Shown: positions 9,486 to 17,963 of the stretch, one piece after another
How the letters are laid out: each line of letters starts with the position of its first letter
Position numbering within the stretch: position 1 is the first letter of the stretch
Assembly (NCBI GenBank): GCA_009694185.1
Contig: SHVR01000008.1
Location: 2,350 to 66,349 of the forward strand
Direction of reading: 5' to 3'
From: Alphaproteobacteria bacterium
Lineage (GTDB): Bacteria; Pseudomonadota; Alphaproteobacteria; SHVR01
Length of the DNA: 64,000 nt
Notes under the pieces: generated by a model
Databases searched by the model: none
Seen by the model: the letters and a program-made list of their open reading frames with translations, nothing else
What the model was told of the DNA's origin: nothing
Position numbers and translations under genes: made by a program

Positions 9486-10357
9486 AGGCCGCCGAATTCG
9501 CCTATGCCCGCGCTCTCTCTGTCGCCGACGCCGTGGCGCTTCTGGCGGCGGCGGCGGGCGAAGCCAAGCTCATCGCCGGCGGCCAGACCCTGGTGCCGCT
9601 GATGGCCATGCGCCTCGCCCGGCCGGCGCTCCTGGTCGACATCGACGGGATCGCCGAGCTGAACGGCATCGCCATGGTGGGCGACACGCTCCGGATCGGC
9701 GCCGGCACGCGCCAGGCCGAGATCGAACGCTCGGGCCTGGTCGGGCGCGAGGTGCGACTGCTTGCCCTTGCCATCGGCCATGTCGGCCATGGCCAGATCC
9801 GTAATCGCGGCACCATCGGCGGCAGCATCGCCCATGGCGACCCGGCGGCCGAGCTGCCGCTGGTTGCCGTCACGCTCGGCGCCACGTTGCTGACCGAGAC
9901 GAGCGCGGGCGCCGGCGAGATCAGCGCGCGCGACTTCTACCTGGGGCCCATGACCACGACTTTGCCGGCCGATGCACTCATTACCCGGATCGACTTGCCG
10001 ATCTGGCGTGGGCGCGTCGGCGCCGGTTTTCACGAAATGAGCCCAAGGCGGGGCGATTTCGCCCTGGCGGCGGCGGCGGCGCAAGTCGAATTGGATGGGC
10101 GCGGCCGATGCCGACGGGCTGTCATCGGCGTGGGTGGTGCCGCGCCGACGCCGATCGCGTGTGCCGATGCGGCGCGCCTGCTGGAGGGTCGCACGCTGGA
10201 CGACACCCTGATCGCCGCCGCCGCCTCGGCCGCCGCGGCCCTGACCGAGCCCGCCTCCGACAGCCATGGCAGCGCCGAATATCGCCGCCGGCTGACGGCG
10301 GTCTTGGTGGCCCGCGCGCTCAAAGACGCCGCCACCATGGCAAGAGCCGTGCCGTGA
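9482..10357 (+). CDS. xanthine dehydrogenase family FAD-binding subunit (CoxM-like)
   Basis: LIAGGQTLVPLMAMRLARPALLVDI and GTIGGSIAHGDPAAELP motifs. The GTG start overlaps the upstream stop as GTGA. Confidence 0.85.
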   Translation: MKAAEFAYARALSVADAVALLAAAAGEAKLIAGGQTLVPLMAMRLARPALLVDIDGIAELNGIAMVGDTLRIGAGTRQAEIERSGLVGREVRLLALAIGHVGHGQIRNRGTIGGSIAHGDPAAELPLVAVTLGATLLTETSAGAGEISARDFYLGPMTTTLPADALITRIDLPIWRGRVGAGFHEMSPRRGDFALAAAAAQVELDGRGRCRRAVIGVGGAAPTPIACADAARLLEGRTLDDTLIAAAASAAAALTEPASDSHGSAEYRRRLTAVLVARALKDAATMARAVP

Positions 10358-10839
10358 ACCGCCAGGCCGTGCGCCTTACGGTCAACGGCAAGCCCTGGCA
10401 TGGCGAGGTCCCAACCCGCCTCACCCTCGTCGATTGTCTGCGCGAGGAAGTGGGTCTCACCGGCACCCATGTCGGCTGCGAGCATGGGGTGTGCGGCGCC
10501 TGCTCGGTCCTGCTCGATGGCGAGCCGGTGCGGTCTTGCCTGATGTTCGCGGTGCAGGCGGATGGCCGGGCGATTACCACCGTCGAAGGTCTCGCCGCGC
10601 CCGATGGCGCGTTGAGCCCGCTGCAAGACGCCTTCTGGGAGTGCCACGCCCTGCAATGCGGCTATTGCACGCCGGGCATGCTGATCGCCGCGCACGCGCT
10701 CATCGCCCGCAATCCGGCGCCGAGCGACGGCGATATTCGCGAGGCGCTGGCCGGCAATCTCTGCCGCTGCACGGGCTACCAGCAGATCGTCGACGCCGTG
10801 CGCTTGGCCCGCCGGCGCATGGGTGAGGTGCCGCCGTGA
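10354..10839 (+). CDS. (2Fe-2S)-binding small subunit (CoxS-like)
   Basis: [16 protein letters not shown] and [10 protein letters not shown]...[11 protein letters not shown] cysteine clusters. GTG at 10354 overlaps the CoxM-like stop as GTGA. Confidence 0.85.
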   Translation: MNRQAVRLTVNGKPWHGEVPTRLTLVDCLREEVGLTGTHVGCEHGVCGACSVLLDGEPVRSCLMFAVQADGRAITTVEGLAAPDGALSPLQDAFWECHALQCGYCTPGMLIAAHALIARNPAPSDGDIREALAGNLCRCTGYQQIVDAVRLARRRMGEVPP

Positions 10840-13241
10840 GCGAGTATCGTTATGTCGGGCGGAAGCGCCGCACCAAGGAAGATCGCCGCTTCATCACCGG
10901 CCTCGGCCGCTATGTGGCCGACGTGACTTTGCCGGGCATGAGCCATGTGGCGCTGGTGCTCAGCCCGCATCCGGCGGCGCGCATCGGTGCGATCGACACG
11001 GCCGCGGCGCTGGCACTGCCCGGCGTGCAAGCGGTCGTCACCGGCGCAGAGATTGCCCGGCACACCAATCCGATCCTGCATGGTCTCGCCCTCCCTGGCG
11101 TGCGCTGGTATCCGCTGGCCGTCGGCCAGGTTCGCTATGTCGGCGAATGGGTGGTGGCGGTGGTGGCCGCCTCCCGCCACATCGCCGAGGACGCGGCCGA
11201 GCTGGTGCGGGTGGACTATGAGCCCATGGCCTGGGTCGGCGATCCCGAAGCGGCGTTGGCGCCCGGGGCCCCCCTGGTGCATCCCGACCATGGCAGCAAC
11301 TTGTTCTATCGCCGCACCTTCGTCTGGGGCGACGTGGCCGGCGATTTCGCCAAGGCGCACCACCGGCTTGCCTCGAAGGTCTATTGGGGACGCAGCGCCA
11401 CGGTGCCAATAGAGACCTTCGGCGTCGTCGCCAACTGGAACCGGGGCAACGATCTGCTGGATGTCTGGGCTTCGATCCAGATGCCGAAATATCCCGACCA
11501 GATGGCGCACTGCCTGCGCCTGCCGCTCAACGCCATCCGGGTGCATTACGACGTGGATGTGGGTGGCAGCTATGGCGTCAAGCGCGGCATCAAACATTCG
11601 GTGCTGGTGGGTTATCTGGCGCGCAAGCTCCTCATGCCCGTCAGGCTGATCGAGGACCGGCTGGAGAATATGGTGGGCGGTGACATGCACGGCCCCGACC
11701 GGCGTTTCGACGTGACGCTTGCCTTCGACGCTGACGGCCTGATCCGCTCCATGAAGATGCGCGCCCTCGACGATATCGGCTGCTATCCGGGTCGCTCGCC
11801 CTTGCAGCTTGCCAAGCCGGTGGGTGCCATTGTCGGCCCCTATCGCATCCAGAGCGTCGAATATGAGGCGGTCGCGGTCGCCACCAACAAGACGAGCCAG
11901 GTGGCGGTGCGTGGCTTCGGCCAGGCGCCGACCAACTATGCCATCGAAACCGCCATCGACCGGGTGGCGGCGCATCTGGGCATGGACCGCCTGGCGGTGC
12001 GCCGGCGGAACTTCATCCAGAGCCACGAATTTCCCTATCGCATCCCAAGCGGGACCGACTATGACAGCGGCGACTATGACGCCGTGCTGACCAAGACCGT
12101 GGCGCGCGCCAAGCTGGAGGCGCTGATAGCACGGCGCGACGCGCTTCGCGCCGAAGGCCGGCTGGCCGGCATCGGCTTCGCCACCTGCCTGGAGCCGAGT
12201 GGCGGCAATGGCGCCTTCGAGCCGCTGTTCAATCCCGCCAATGACACCACCACTTGGATGGAATCATGCCAGGTGAAAGTGGACGCGCTCGGCGGTGTGA
12301 CCGCGACCATCGCCACCTCGACGGCGGGGCAGGGCCATCAGACCCTGGTCGCGACCGTCACGGGCGAGGAGCTGGGCTTCGATCCCGACTGCATCCGGGT
12401 GGTGCACGCGGACTCACTCCAGGCTCTGCCGGGCAACAGCCCGGTCGCAAGCCGCATGGCGATCATGCTGGGGGGTGCCGCGGCGGGTGCCGCCCGCCAG
12501 ATCAAGGAGCGCGTCCTCGCCATCGCCGCCCACAATTTGCAACGCCCCGTCGACCGCCTCGTCTATCGGGAGGGCGCGGTCTTCGATCTGGACAATGAAC
12601 TCCGCACCCTCAACTGGGCCGAGCTGGTGCGCATCGCCCACCGCAAATATCACCAGATGCCGCCCGGCATGGAGCCGGGCCTCCAGGCGAGCTATGTCTG
12701 GGAAGTGCCGAAGGGCGGCACCATGCCGACGGCCGACGGCCGGGTGCAGATGTACCCCTGCTATTCCTTCGAATGTCACATAGCACTGGTGGAGATCGAT
12801 CGCGGCACCGGCCAAGTGGCGATCCGCGACTGGTTCATGGGCCATGATTGCGGCACGGTCATCAACCCGGACATCGTGCATGGCATGTCCTATGGCGGCA
12901 TCGCCCATGGCATCGGCGCCGCGCTCTATGAGGAGTTCGCCTATGACGAGAATGGCCAGCTCGTCGCCGGCAGCTTCGTCGACTATTTGCTGCCATCGGT
13001 GCATGAAATTCCGGAGATCGCGCTGGTCGATCACTGCACGCCCTCGCCGTTGACGCCCATGGGCCAGAAGGGCTCCGGCGAGAGCGGCTATCTGGGCGCG
13101 CCCGCGGCCGTGGCGAGCGCGGTTAACGACGCGCTGTCGCCGCTCGGCATCACCATCGACCGCCTGCCGATGCACCCCTCGCGCATCGAGCAGGCACTTG
13201 CCGACAAGCGGGCCGACATGGGAGAACGAGAGGGACCGTGA
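10836..13241 (+). CDS. xanthine dehydrogenase family molybdopterin-binding large subunit (CoxL-like, not CO dehydrogenase)
   Basis: 801 aa with the typical N-terminus YVGRKRRTKEDRRFITGLGRYVADV. The active-site loop reads AVRGFGQAP rather than the CODH AYRCSFR or AYRGAGR. Confidence 0.85.
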   Translation: MSEYRYVGRKRRTKEDRRFITGLGRYVADVTLPGMSHVALVLSPHPAARIGAIDTAAALALPGVQAVVTGAEIARHTNPILHGLALPGVRWYPLAVGQVRYVGEWVVAVVAASRHIAEDAAELVRVDYEPMAWVGDPEAALAPGAPLVHPDHGSNLFYRRTFVWGDVAGDFAKAHHRLASKVYWGRSATVPIETFGVVANWNRGNDLLDVWASIQMPKYPDQMAHCLRLPLNAIRVHYDVDVGGSYGVKRGIKHSVLVGYLARKLLMPVRLIEDRLENMVGGDMHGPDRRFDVTLAFDADGLIRSMKMRALDDIGCYPGRSPLQLAKPVGAIVGPYRIQSVEYEAVAVATNKTSQVAVRGFGQAPTNYAIETAIDRVAAHLGMDRLAVRRRNFIQSHEFPYRIPSGTDYDSGDYDAVLTKTVARAKLEALIARRDALRAEGRLAGIGFATCLEPSGGNGAFEPLFNPANDTTTWMESCQVKVDALGGVTATIATSTAGQGHQTLVATVTGEELGFDPDCIRVVHADSLQALPGNSPVASRMAIMLGGAAAGAARQIKERVLAIAAHNLQRPVDRLVYREGAVFDLDNELRTLNWAELVRIAHRKYHQMPPGMEPGLQASYVWEVPKGGTMPTADGRVQMYPCYSFECHIALVEIDRGTGQVAIRDWFMGHDCGTVINPDIVHGMSYGGIAHGIGAALYEEFAYDENGQLVAGSFVDYLLPSVHEIPEIALVDHCTPSPLTPMGQKGSGESGYLGAPAAVASAVNDALSPLGITIDRLPMHPSRIEQALADKRADMGEREGP

Positions 13242-13662
13242 TCGTCGATTGCCACGCCCATTATGTGCCGGCGGCCCTGTTGGAGCGCCTCAAGACGGCG
13301 GGTGCCCGCTTCCCGTCCATCCAGATGCTGCATGAGGGGGATAATTTCCGCTTCGCCTTCATGGGTGGGCCGCCGACGCGCCCGATCATGCCCAGGCTCC
13401 GCGAGGTGAAGGAACGCTTCTCCTGGATGGACAGCCAAGGCATCGACAAACAGGTGGTGGCCGGCTGGCTCGACATGTTCGCTTATGAGATTCGGGCGGA
13501 CGAGGCGGCCGAGTGGAGTCGCTTCCTCAATGCGGAAATGCTGGCCGCCACGCGCTCTCTCCCGTGCCGCTCAAGGTGGTGGAGGCGGCACGGCTCGGCG
13601 CCCAGGCGCGGAACGCGGTGTTCGGCGGCACGGCCTCGCTGCTGTTCCGGATCGGCGCGTAA
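13238..13662 (+). pseudogene. amidohydrolase-2 (ACMSD-like) gene with internal deletion and frameshift
   Basis: The N-terminus MIVDCHAHYVP... (frame 2) runs for about 108 aa. The typical C-terminal end, LGAQARNAVFGGTASLLFRIGA-stop, continues in frame 1 from about 13564. Roughly 200 central residues are missing. Confidence 0.6.
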
Positions 13663-14382
13663 TCAGGCGCGTTCGCGCGGTTGGGCGCCGGTGTCCACGA
13701 GGACATAGCCCACATTGCGGATGGTCTGGATGATCCGGGGGTTCTTTGGGTCGCGCTCGATCTTGCGGCGGAGGCGACCCATCAGCACGTCGATGGTGCG
13801 GCCCGGCGGCTCCCAGTAGCGGACCAGGTTGGCGCCCAGCAGTTGATCGCGGCTGAGTGTGCGATTGGGGTTTTCGGCTAGCCGCTTCAACAGGCGAAAC
13901 TCGCCGCCGGTGAGCTGCACGTCGTCGCCCGTCGGCGTCTTGAGACGGCGTGAGGTGGCACAAAGCGCCCAATCGCCGAAGGCGATGGGCGGGGCAGGCG
14001 GCGCACTCGCCACGGTGGATGGCAGGCCATCGAGCGCGCGCGCGCGGGCCAACAATTCATGGCCCGGGATTGGTGTGGCGATATAGTCGCTCGCCCCCGG
14101 CTCGAGGCCGGTGACGCTCTCGACCGGAAAGGCCGCGTCGGTCAACAGAATGACGGGCGCCGGGGTCAAACGGCGGAGCTCACGGTACAAGGCGGGGCCG
14201 CCCGCGTCGAACCAGGCCAGATCGAAGAGGATGAGGTCGAAGCGCCGCCGCCGGATCGCATCCAGCATCGCCTGGCGGGTCCGGACGGGCGTGAGGACGG
14301 CATCGCGCCCACCCACGGGCCGTCCGGCACCGGGGAGCGTACCCTCGCCGACCAGCAGCACATGGACCGGTTGTCGTGTCAC
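13663..14382 (-). CDS. OmpR/PhoB-family response regulator with atypical receiver domain
   Basis: The C-terminal winged helix reads LTGGEFRLLKRLAENPNRTLSRDQLL...IQTIRNVGYVLV. The GTG start at 14382 is preceded by GGAGAG. The ORF extension to 14784 is Arg/Pro-rich and looks non-coding. Confidence 0.8.
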   Translation of the reverse strand: MTRQPVHVLLVGEGTLPGAGRPVGGRDAVLTPVRTRQAMLDAIRRRRFDLILFDLAWFDAGGPALYRELRRLTPAPVILLTDAAFPVESVTGLEPGASDYIATPIPGHELLARARALDGLPSTVASAPPAPPIAFGDWALCATSRRLKTPTGDDVQLTGGEFRLLKRLAENPNRTLSRDQLLGANLVRYWEPPGRTIDVLMGRLRRKIERDPKNPRIIQTIRNVGYVLVDTGAQPRERA

Positions 14383-14456
14383 ACGTCTCTCCGCTAAAAA
14401 AGCGCGTCGCCAGAGCGGCCACGGTCCAACGATGGCGGACCGAGGTTTACGAAACG

Positions 14457-16100
14457 TTAGCGCGGCTGGGCGCGGCTGAAATCCCAGTGGCGGCCGGGTG
14501 CGGCGTCGAACAGCGCCTTTGTATAGTCGTGCTGGGGGTGGGCGAAGATATCGGCGGCGGCGCCGTACTCGACCACCTTGCCCTGGTGCATGACGGCAAC
14601 ACTGTCGCAGACCTGGGCCGCCACCCGGAGGTCGTGGGTGATGAACAGCATCGCCAGGTCGAAACGGCGACGGATGTCGTCGAGCAGTTCGAGGACCTGG
14701 GCCTGGACCGAGACGTCGAGGGCCGAGACCGGCTCGTCGGCGACGAGCACTTCCGGTTCCATGGCGAGTGCGCGAGCGATGCAAATGCGCTGGCGCTGGC
14801 CGCCCGAGAACTGATGCGGGTAGCGGTCGATGGAGCGCGGATCGAGGCTGACCAGCTCCATCAGGTCGCGGGCACGCTTGAGCGCCACGGCACGCGAAGT
14901 GCCGAAATTCATCGGCCCCTCGGTGATCGAGTCGCCGACCATGCGGCGCGGGTTGAGCGAGCGGTAGGGGTCCTGGAAGATGATCTGGATGCGCCGCCGC
15001 TGGGCGCGCAATTCGCCCCGCGGCAGATGACCGATCTCATCATTGTCGAGGCGGATTTCGCCCGAGGTCGGCTCGATCAACCTGACGACGCAGCGGGCCA
15101 CCGTCGATTTGCCCGAGCCCGACTCGCCGACGATGCCGAGTGTCTCGCCGCGGCGAACCTCGAGGTCGACGCCGTCGACGGCGCGCACTTGGCGGGCCGG
15201 CTGGAAGAAGCCACGTTCGGAATAGACCTTGGTGAGCGCCAAGGTGGCGAGCACCACCGGCGATTCTCGCGACGGACGCGCCGCGCGCGGCACGATGCTA
15301 GGCACCGCGGCAATCAGCATGCGCGTGTAGGGATGGACGGGCGCCTCCAGGACCTGGCGGGTCGAGCCGGTCTCGACGATTTTGCCTTCCTTCATGACGG
15401 CGACCCGATCGGCGATCTCGGCGACGACGCCGAAATCATGGGTGATGAACATCACCCCCATGTCGCGGTCGCGCTGGATGTCCTTGATCAGTCGCAGGAT
15501 CTGCGCCTGGGTCGTGACATCGAGCGCGGTGGTGGGTTCGTCGGCGATGAGCAGCGCCGGCTCAAGCGCCAGCGCCATGGCGATCATGATGCGCTGGCGC
15601 TGGCCACCCGAGACCTGATGGGGATAGGTCCCGACCAGGCGTTCCGGTTCCGGCAGACGGACGGCGGTCATCAACTCGATCACCCGGGCGTGGCGTTCGC
15701 TCGCCCCCATGTCGGTGTGGGTCGAGAGCACTTCCTCGATCTGGGCACCAACCGGGATCACCGGGTTGAGGGCGGTCATCGGCTCCTGGAAGATCATCGC
15801 CATGCGGCTGCAGCGCAACGCCCGCAGACGCGCGGGCGAGGCCTGGAGCACGTCCTCGCCAAGGAGGCGCACCTCGCCCGCCACCGCCACCAATTGGCGC
15901 TTCGGGAGCAGGCCCATGACGCTGAAGGCGGTGACCGATTTGCCCGAGCCCGACTCGCCGACGACACAGAGGATCTCGCCCGGATAGACCGCGAGGTTCA
16001 CCCTCTCGATGGCGTTTGGCCGGTCGGCGCCGCGCGGCAGGCGGACGGTCAGGCCCCTTATATCGAGGACCGGTTGCTTGTCGGCCATGTCGGGGCTCAC
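14457..16100 (-). CDS. ABC transporter ATP-binding protein, fused double ATPase (DppD/DppF-type, peptide/nickel family)
   Basis: Two nucleotide-binding domains: GESGSGKS occurs twice, with SGGQRQR twice. The GTG start overlaps the upstream permease stop as GTGA. Confidence 0.9.
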   Translation of the reverse strand: MSPDMADKQPVLDIRGLTVRLPRGADRPNAIERVNLAVYPGEILCVVGESGSGKSVTAFSVMGLLPKRQLVAVAGEVRLLGEDVLQASPARLRALRCSRMAMIFQEPMTALNPVIPVGAQIEEVLSTHTDMGASERHARVIELMTAVRLPEPERLVGTYPHQVSGGQRQRIMIAMALALEPALLIADEPTTALDVTTQAQILRLIKDIQRDRDMGVMFITHDFGVVAEIADRVAVMKEGKIVETGSTRQVLEAPVHPYTRMLIAAVPSIVPRAARPSRESPVVLATLALTKVYSERGFFQPARQVRAVDGVDLEVRRGETLGIVGESGSGKSTVARCVVRLIEPTSGEIRLDNDEIGHLPRGELRAQRRRIQIIFQDPYRSLNPRRMVGDSITEGPMNFGTSRAVALKRARDLMELVSLDPRSIDRYPHQFSGGQRQRICIARALAMEPEVLVADEPVSALDVSVQAQVLELLDDIRRRFDLAMLFITHDLRVAAQVCDSVAVMHQGKVVEYGAAADIFAHPQHDYTKALFDAAPGRHWDFSRAQPR

Positions 16101-16987
16101 AGGCGTTTGGCGATGCGCGGATCGAGGGTGTCGCGGAGGCCGTCGCCCAGGACGTTGATGGCAAGCACGGTGAAGGCGAGGAAGAGGCCCGGAAAGAAGA
16201 TGATCCAGGGCGCGATCTGAAAAAAGACCCGGCCCTCGGCCATGATGTTGCCCCAGGTCGGCACTTCCGGTGGGATGCCGGCGCCAAGGAAGCTCAAGAT
16301 CGCCTCCACCAGGATGGCGGAAGCGGCGATGAAGGTGCCCTGGACGATCAGGGGCGCGACCGTGTTGGGCAGCACATGGCGGATCAGGATCCAGGGCAGC
16401 CTGGTGCCCGAGGCGATGGCCGCCTCCACATAGGGTTCCTCGCGAATGGTGAGGACCACGGCGCGGACCAGGCGGACGACGCGCGGAATGTCGGGGATGG
16501 TGATGGCGACGATGACCGTGGTCAGGCTGGCGCCCGAGAGCGCGATCAGGGCGATGGCTAGCAAGATGCCGGGAATGGCCATCAGCCCGTCCATGATCCG
16601 CATGACAATTTCATCAAGCCAGCGGATGTAGCCGGCAACCAGCCCGATTGTGAGGCCGACGGCGAGGCTGAGGGTGGCGACCGTGATGCCGATGACCAGC
16701 GAAATGCGCGCGCCATAGACCACACGCGCATATATGTCGCGGCCGAACAGGTCGGTGCCGAGCCAATGCTCGCCCGATGGGGCCTTGAGGCGGAATACCG
16801 GGTTGATTTCGGTCGGGTCGGCGCTGGCGAGCAGCGGGGCCGCCAGTCCGATCAAGGTCACGAGCGCGATCAGCGATCCGCCGGCGATCACCGCCGGATT
16901 GCGCATGACCTGACGGAGCGTGCGCATGGCGGGCGATACCGCCTTGGGCGTCGATAGGGTAGCGGTTTCGGTGGCGAGCATGGTCAA
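16097..16987 (-). CDS. ABC transporter permease (DppC/OppC-type)
   Basis: 296-aa membrane protein with a BPD-transport EAA-like loop (EPYVEAAIASGT). The start may be the ATG at 16981 instead of the TTG at 16987. Confidence 0.85.
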   Translation of the reverse strand: MTMLATETATLSTPKAVSPAMRTLRQVMRNPAVIAGGSLIALVTLIGLAAPLLASADPTEINPVFRLKAPSGEHWLGTDLFGRDIYARVVYGARISLVIGITVATLSLAVGLTIGLVAGYIRWLDEIVMRIMDGLMAIPGILLAIALIALSGASLTTVIVAITIPDIPRVVRLVRAVVLTIREEPYVEAAIASGTRLPWILIRHVLPNTVAPLIVQGTFIAASAILVEAILSFLGAGIPPEVPTWGNIMAEGRVFFQIAPWIIFFPGLFLAFTVLAINVLGDGLRDTLDPRIAKRL

Positions 16988-17925
16988 TAGCGGATCCTCG
17001 GATCGAACGCCGTATAGGCGATGTCGATCAAGAGGTTGAGGAACACATAGGCGCCCGAGAACACCAGGATCAAGCCCTGGATCGTCGGATAGTCGCGCGC
17101 CAGAACGGCATCGACCGTGAGGCGGCCGAGGCCGGGCAAATTATAGACGCTCTCGGTGACGACGACGCCGCTGATCAGGAGTGCGACGCCGATGCCGATG
17201 ACGGTGACGATGGGAACGGCCGCGTTACGCAGCGCATGGCGCAACAGCACGCGATGTTCCGGCAGGCCCTTGGCGTGAGCCGTGCGGACATAATCCTCGG
17301 CCAGCACTTCGAGCACGCTCGCCCGGGTGATGCGCGCGATCAGCGCTACATAGATGAAGCTCAAGGTGGCCGTCGGCAGGATCAGCCGCTCGGCGAAGGG
17401 CCACAGGCCCTTGCCGATCGGCGCATAGCCCTGGACCGGCAGCCACTGCAATTGCATGGCGAAGCCGTAGATCAAGAGATAGCCCACCACGAACACCGGC
17501 ACCGAGAAGCCCAGCACCGAGAGCACCATCACGCCCCGATCGATCCAGCTACCATGCTGCCAGGCGGCGATGACGCCAAGCGGCACGGCAATGAGGACGG
17601 AAGCGACGATGGTGGTACTGGCCAGCGCGAGCGTCGGCTCCAGCCGCTGGGCGATCAAGGTGGCGACCGGCACGCGGGAATGGATGGAAATACCGAGATC
17701 GCCCTGGAGCAGTGCTCCGAGCCAAGTCACGAACTGGGTCCAGATGGGCTTGTCGAGGCCGAGGGCCGCGCGTATGCGCTCGATATCCTCGGGGCGCGCG
17801 GTCTCGCCGGCCAGGATCGCCGCCGGATCTCCCGGACTCAATCGGAGCAGCAGAAAGACGAACACCGCCACCACGCCCAGGACGGGAATGACGGCGAGTG
17901 TTCGTCTGGCAATGAAGGCGAACAT
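16984..17925 (-). CDS. ABC transporter permease (DppB/OppB-type)
   Basis: 313 aa beginning MFAFIARRTLAVIPVLGVVAVFVFLLLRLSPGDPA, with a YVRTAHAKGL motif. Confidence 0.85.
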   Translation of the reverse strand: MFAFIARRTLAVIPVLGVVAVFVFLLLRLSPGDPAAILAGETARPEDIERIRAALGLDKPIWTQFVTWLGALLQGDLGISIHSRVPVATLIAQRLEPTLALASTTIVASVLIAVPLGVIAAWQHGSWIDRGVMVLSVLGFSVPVFVVGYLLIYGFAMQLQWLPVQGYAPIGKGLWPFAERLILPTATLSFIYVALIARITRASVLEVLAEDYVRTAHAKGLPEHRVLLRHALRNAAVPIVTVIGIGVALLISGVVVTESVYNLPGLGRLTVDAVLARDYPTIQGLILVFSGAYVFLNLLIDIAYTAFDPRIRY

Positions 17926-17963
17926 GGGATGGACCCGCGTTCCGACGCCTTATCCTTGCCCCA

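Noticed and set aside
10836-13241. Aerobic carbon monoxide dehydrogenase (coxMSL), suggested by the gene order.
   Set aside because: The large subunit lacks the AYRCSFR (form I) and AYRGAGR (form II) active-site loops and reads AVRGFGQAP instead. No coxDEFG accessory genes are nearby.
13663-14784. N-terminal extensions of several ORFs. The response regulator extends to 14784, the family 5 binding protein to 19805, the DUF4864 ORF back to 20740, the LivG-type gene to 5308 and the PaaI gene to 7127.
   Set aside because: The extensions are Arg/Pro-rich, overlap neighbouring genes or promoters, and lack Shine-Dalgarno sites. Internal starts with good SD sequences and family-typical N-termini exist.
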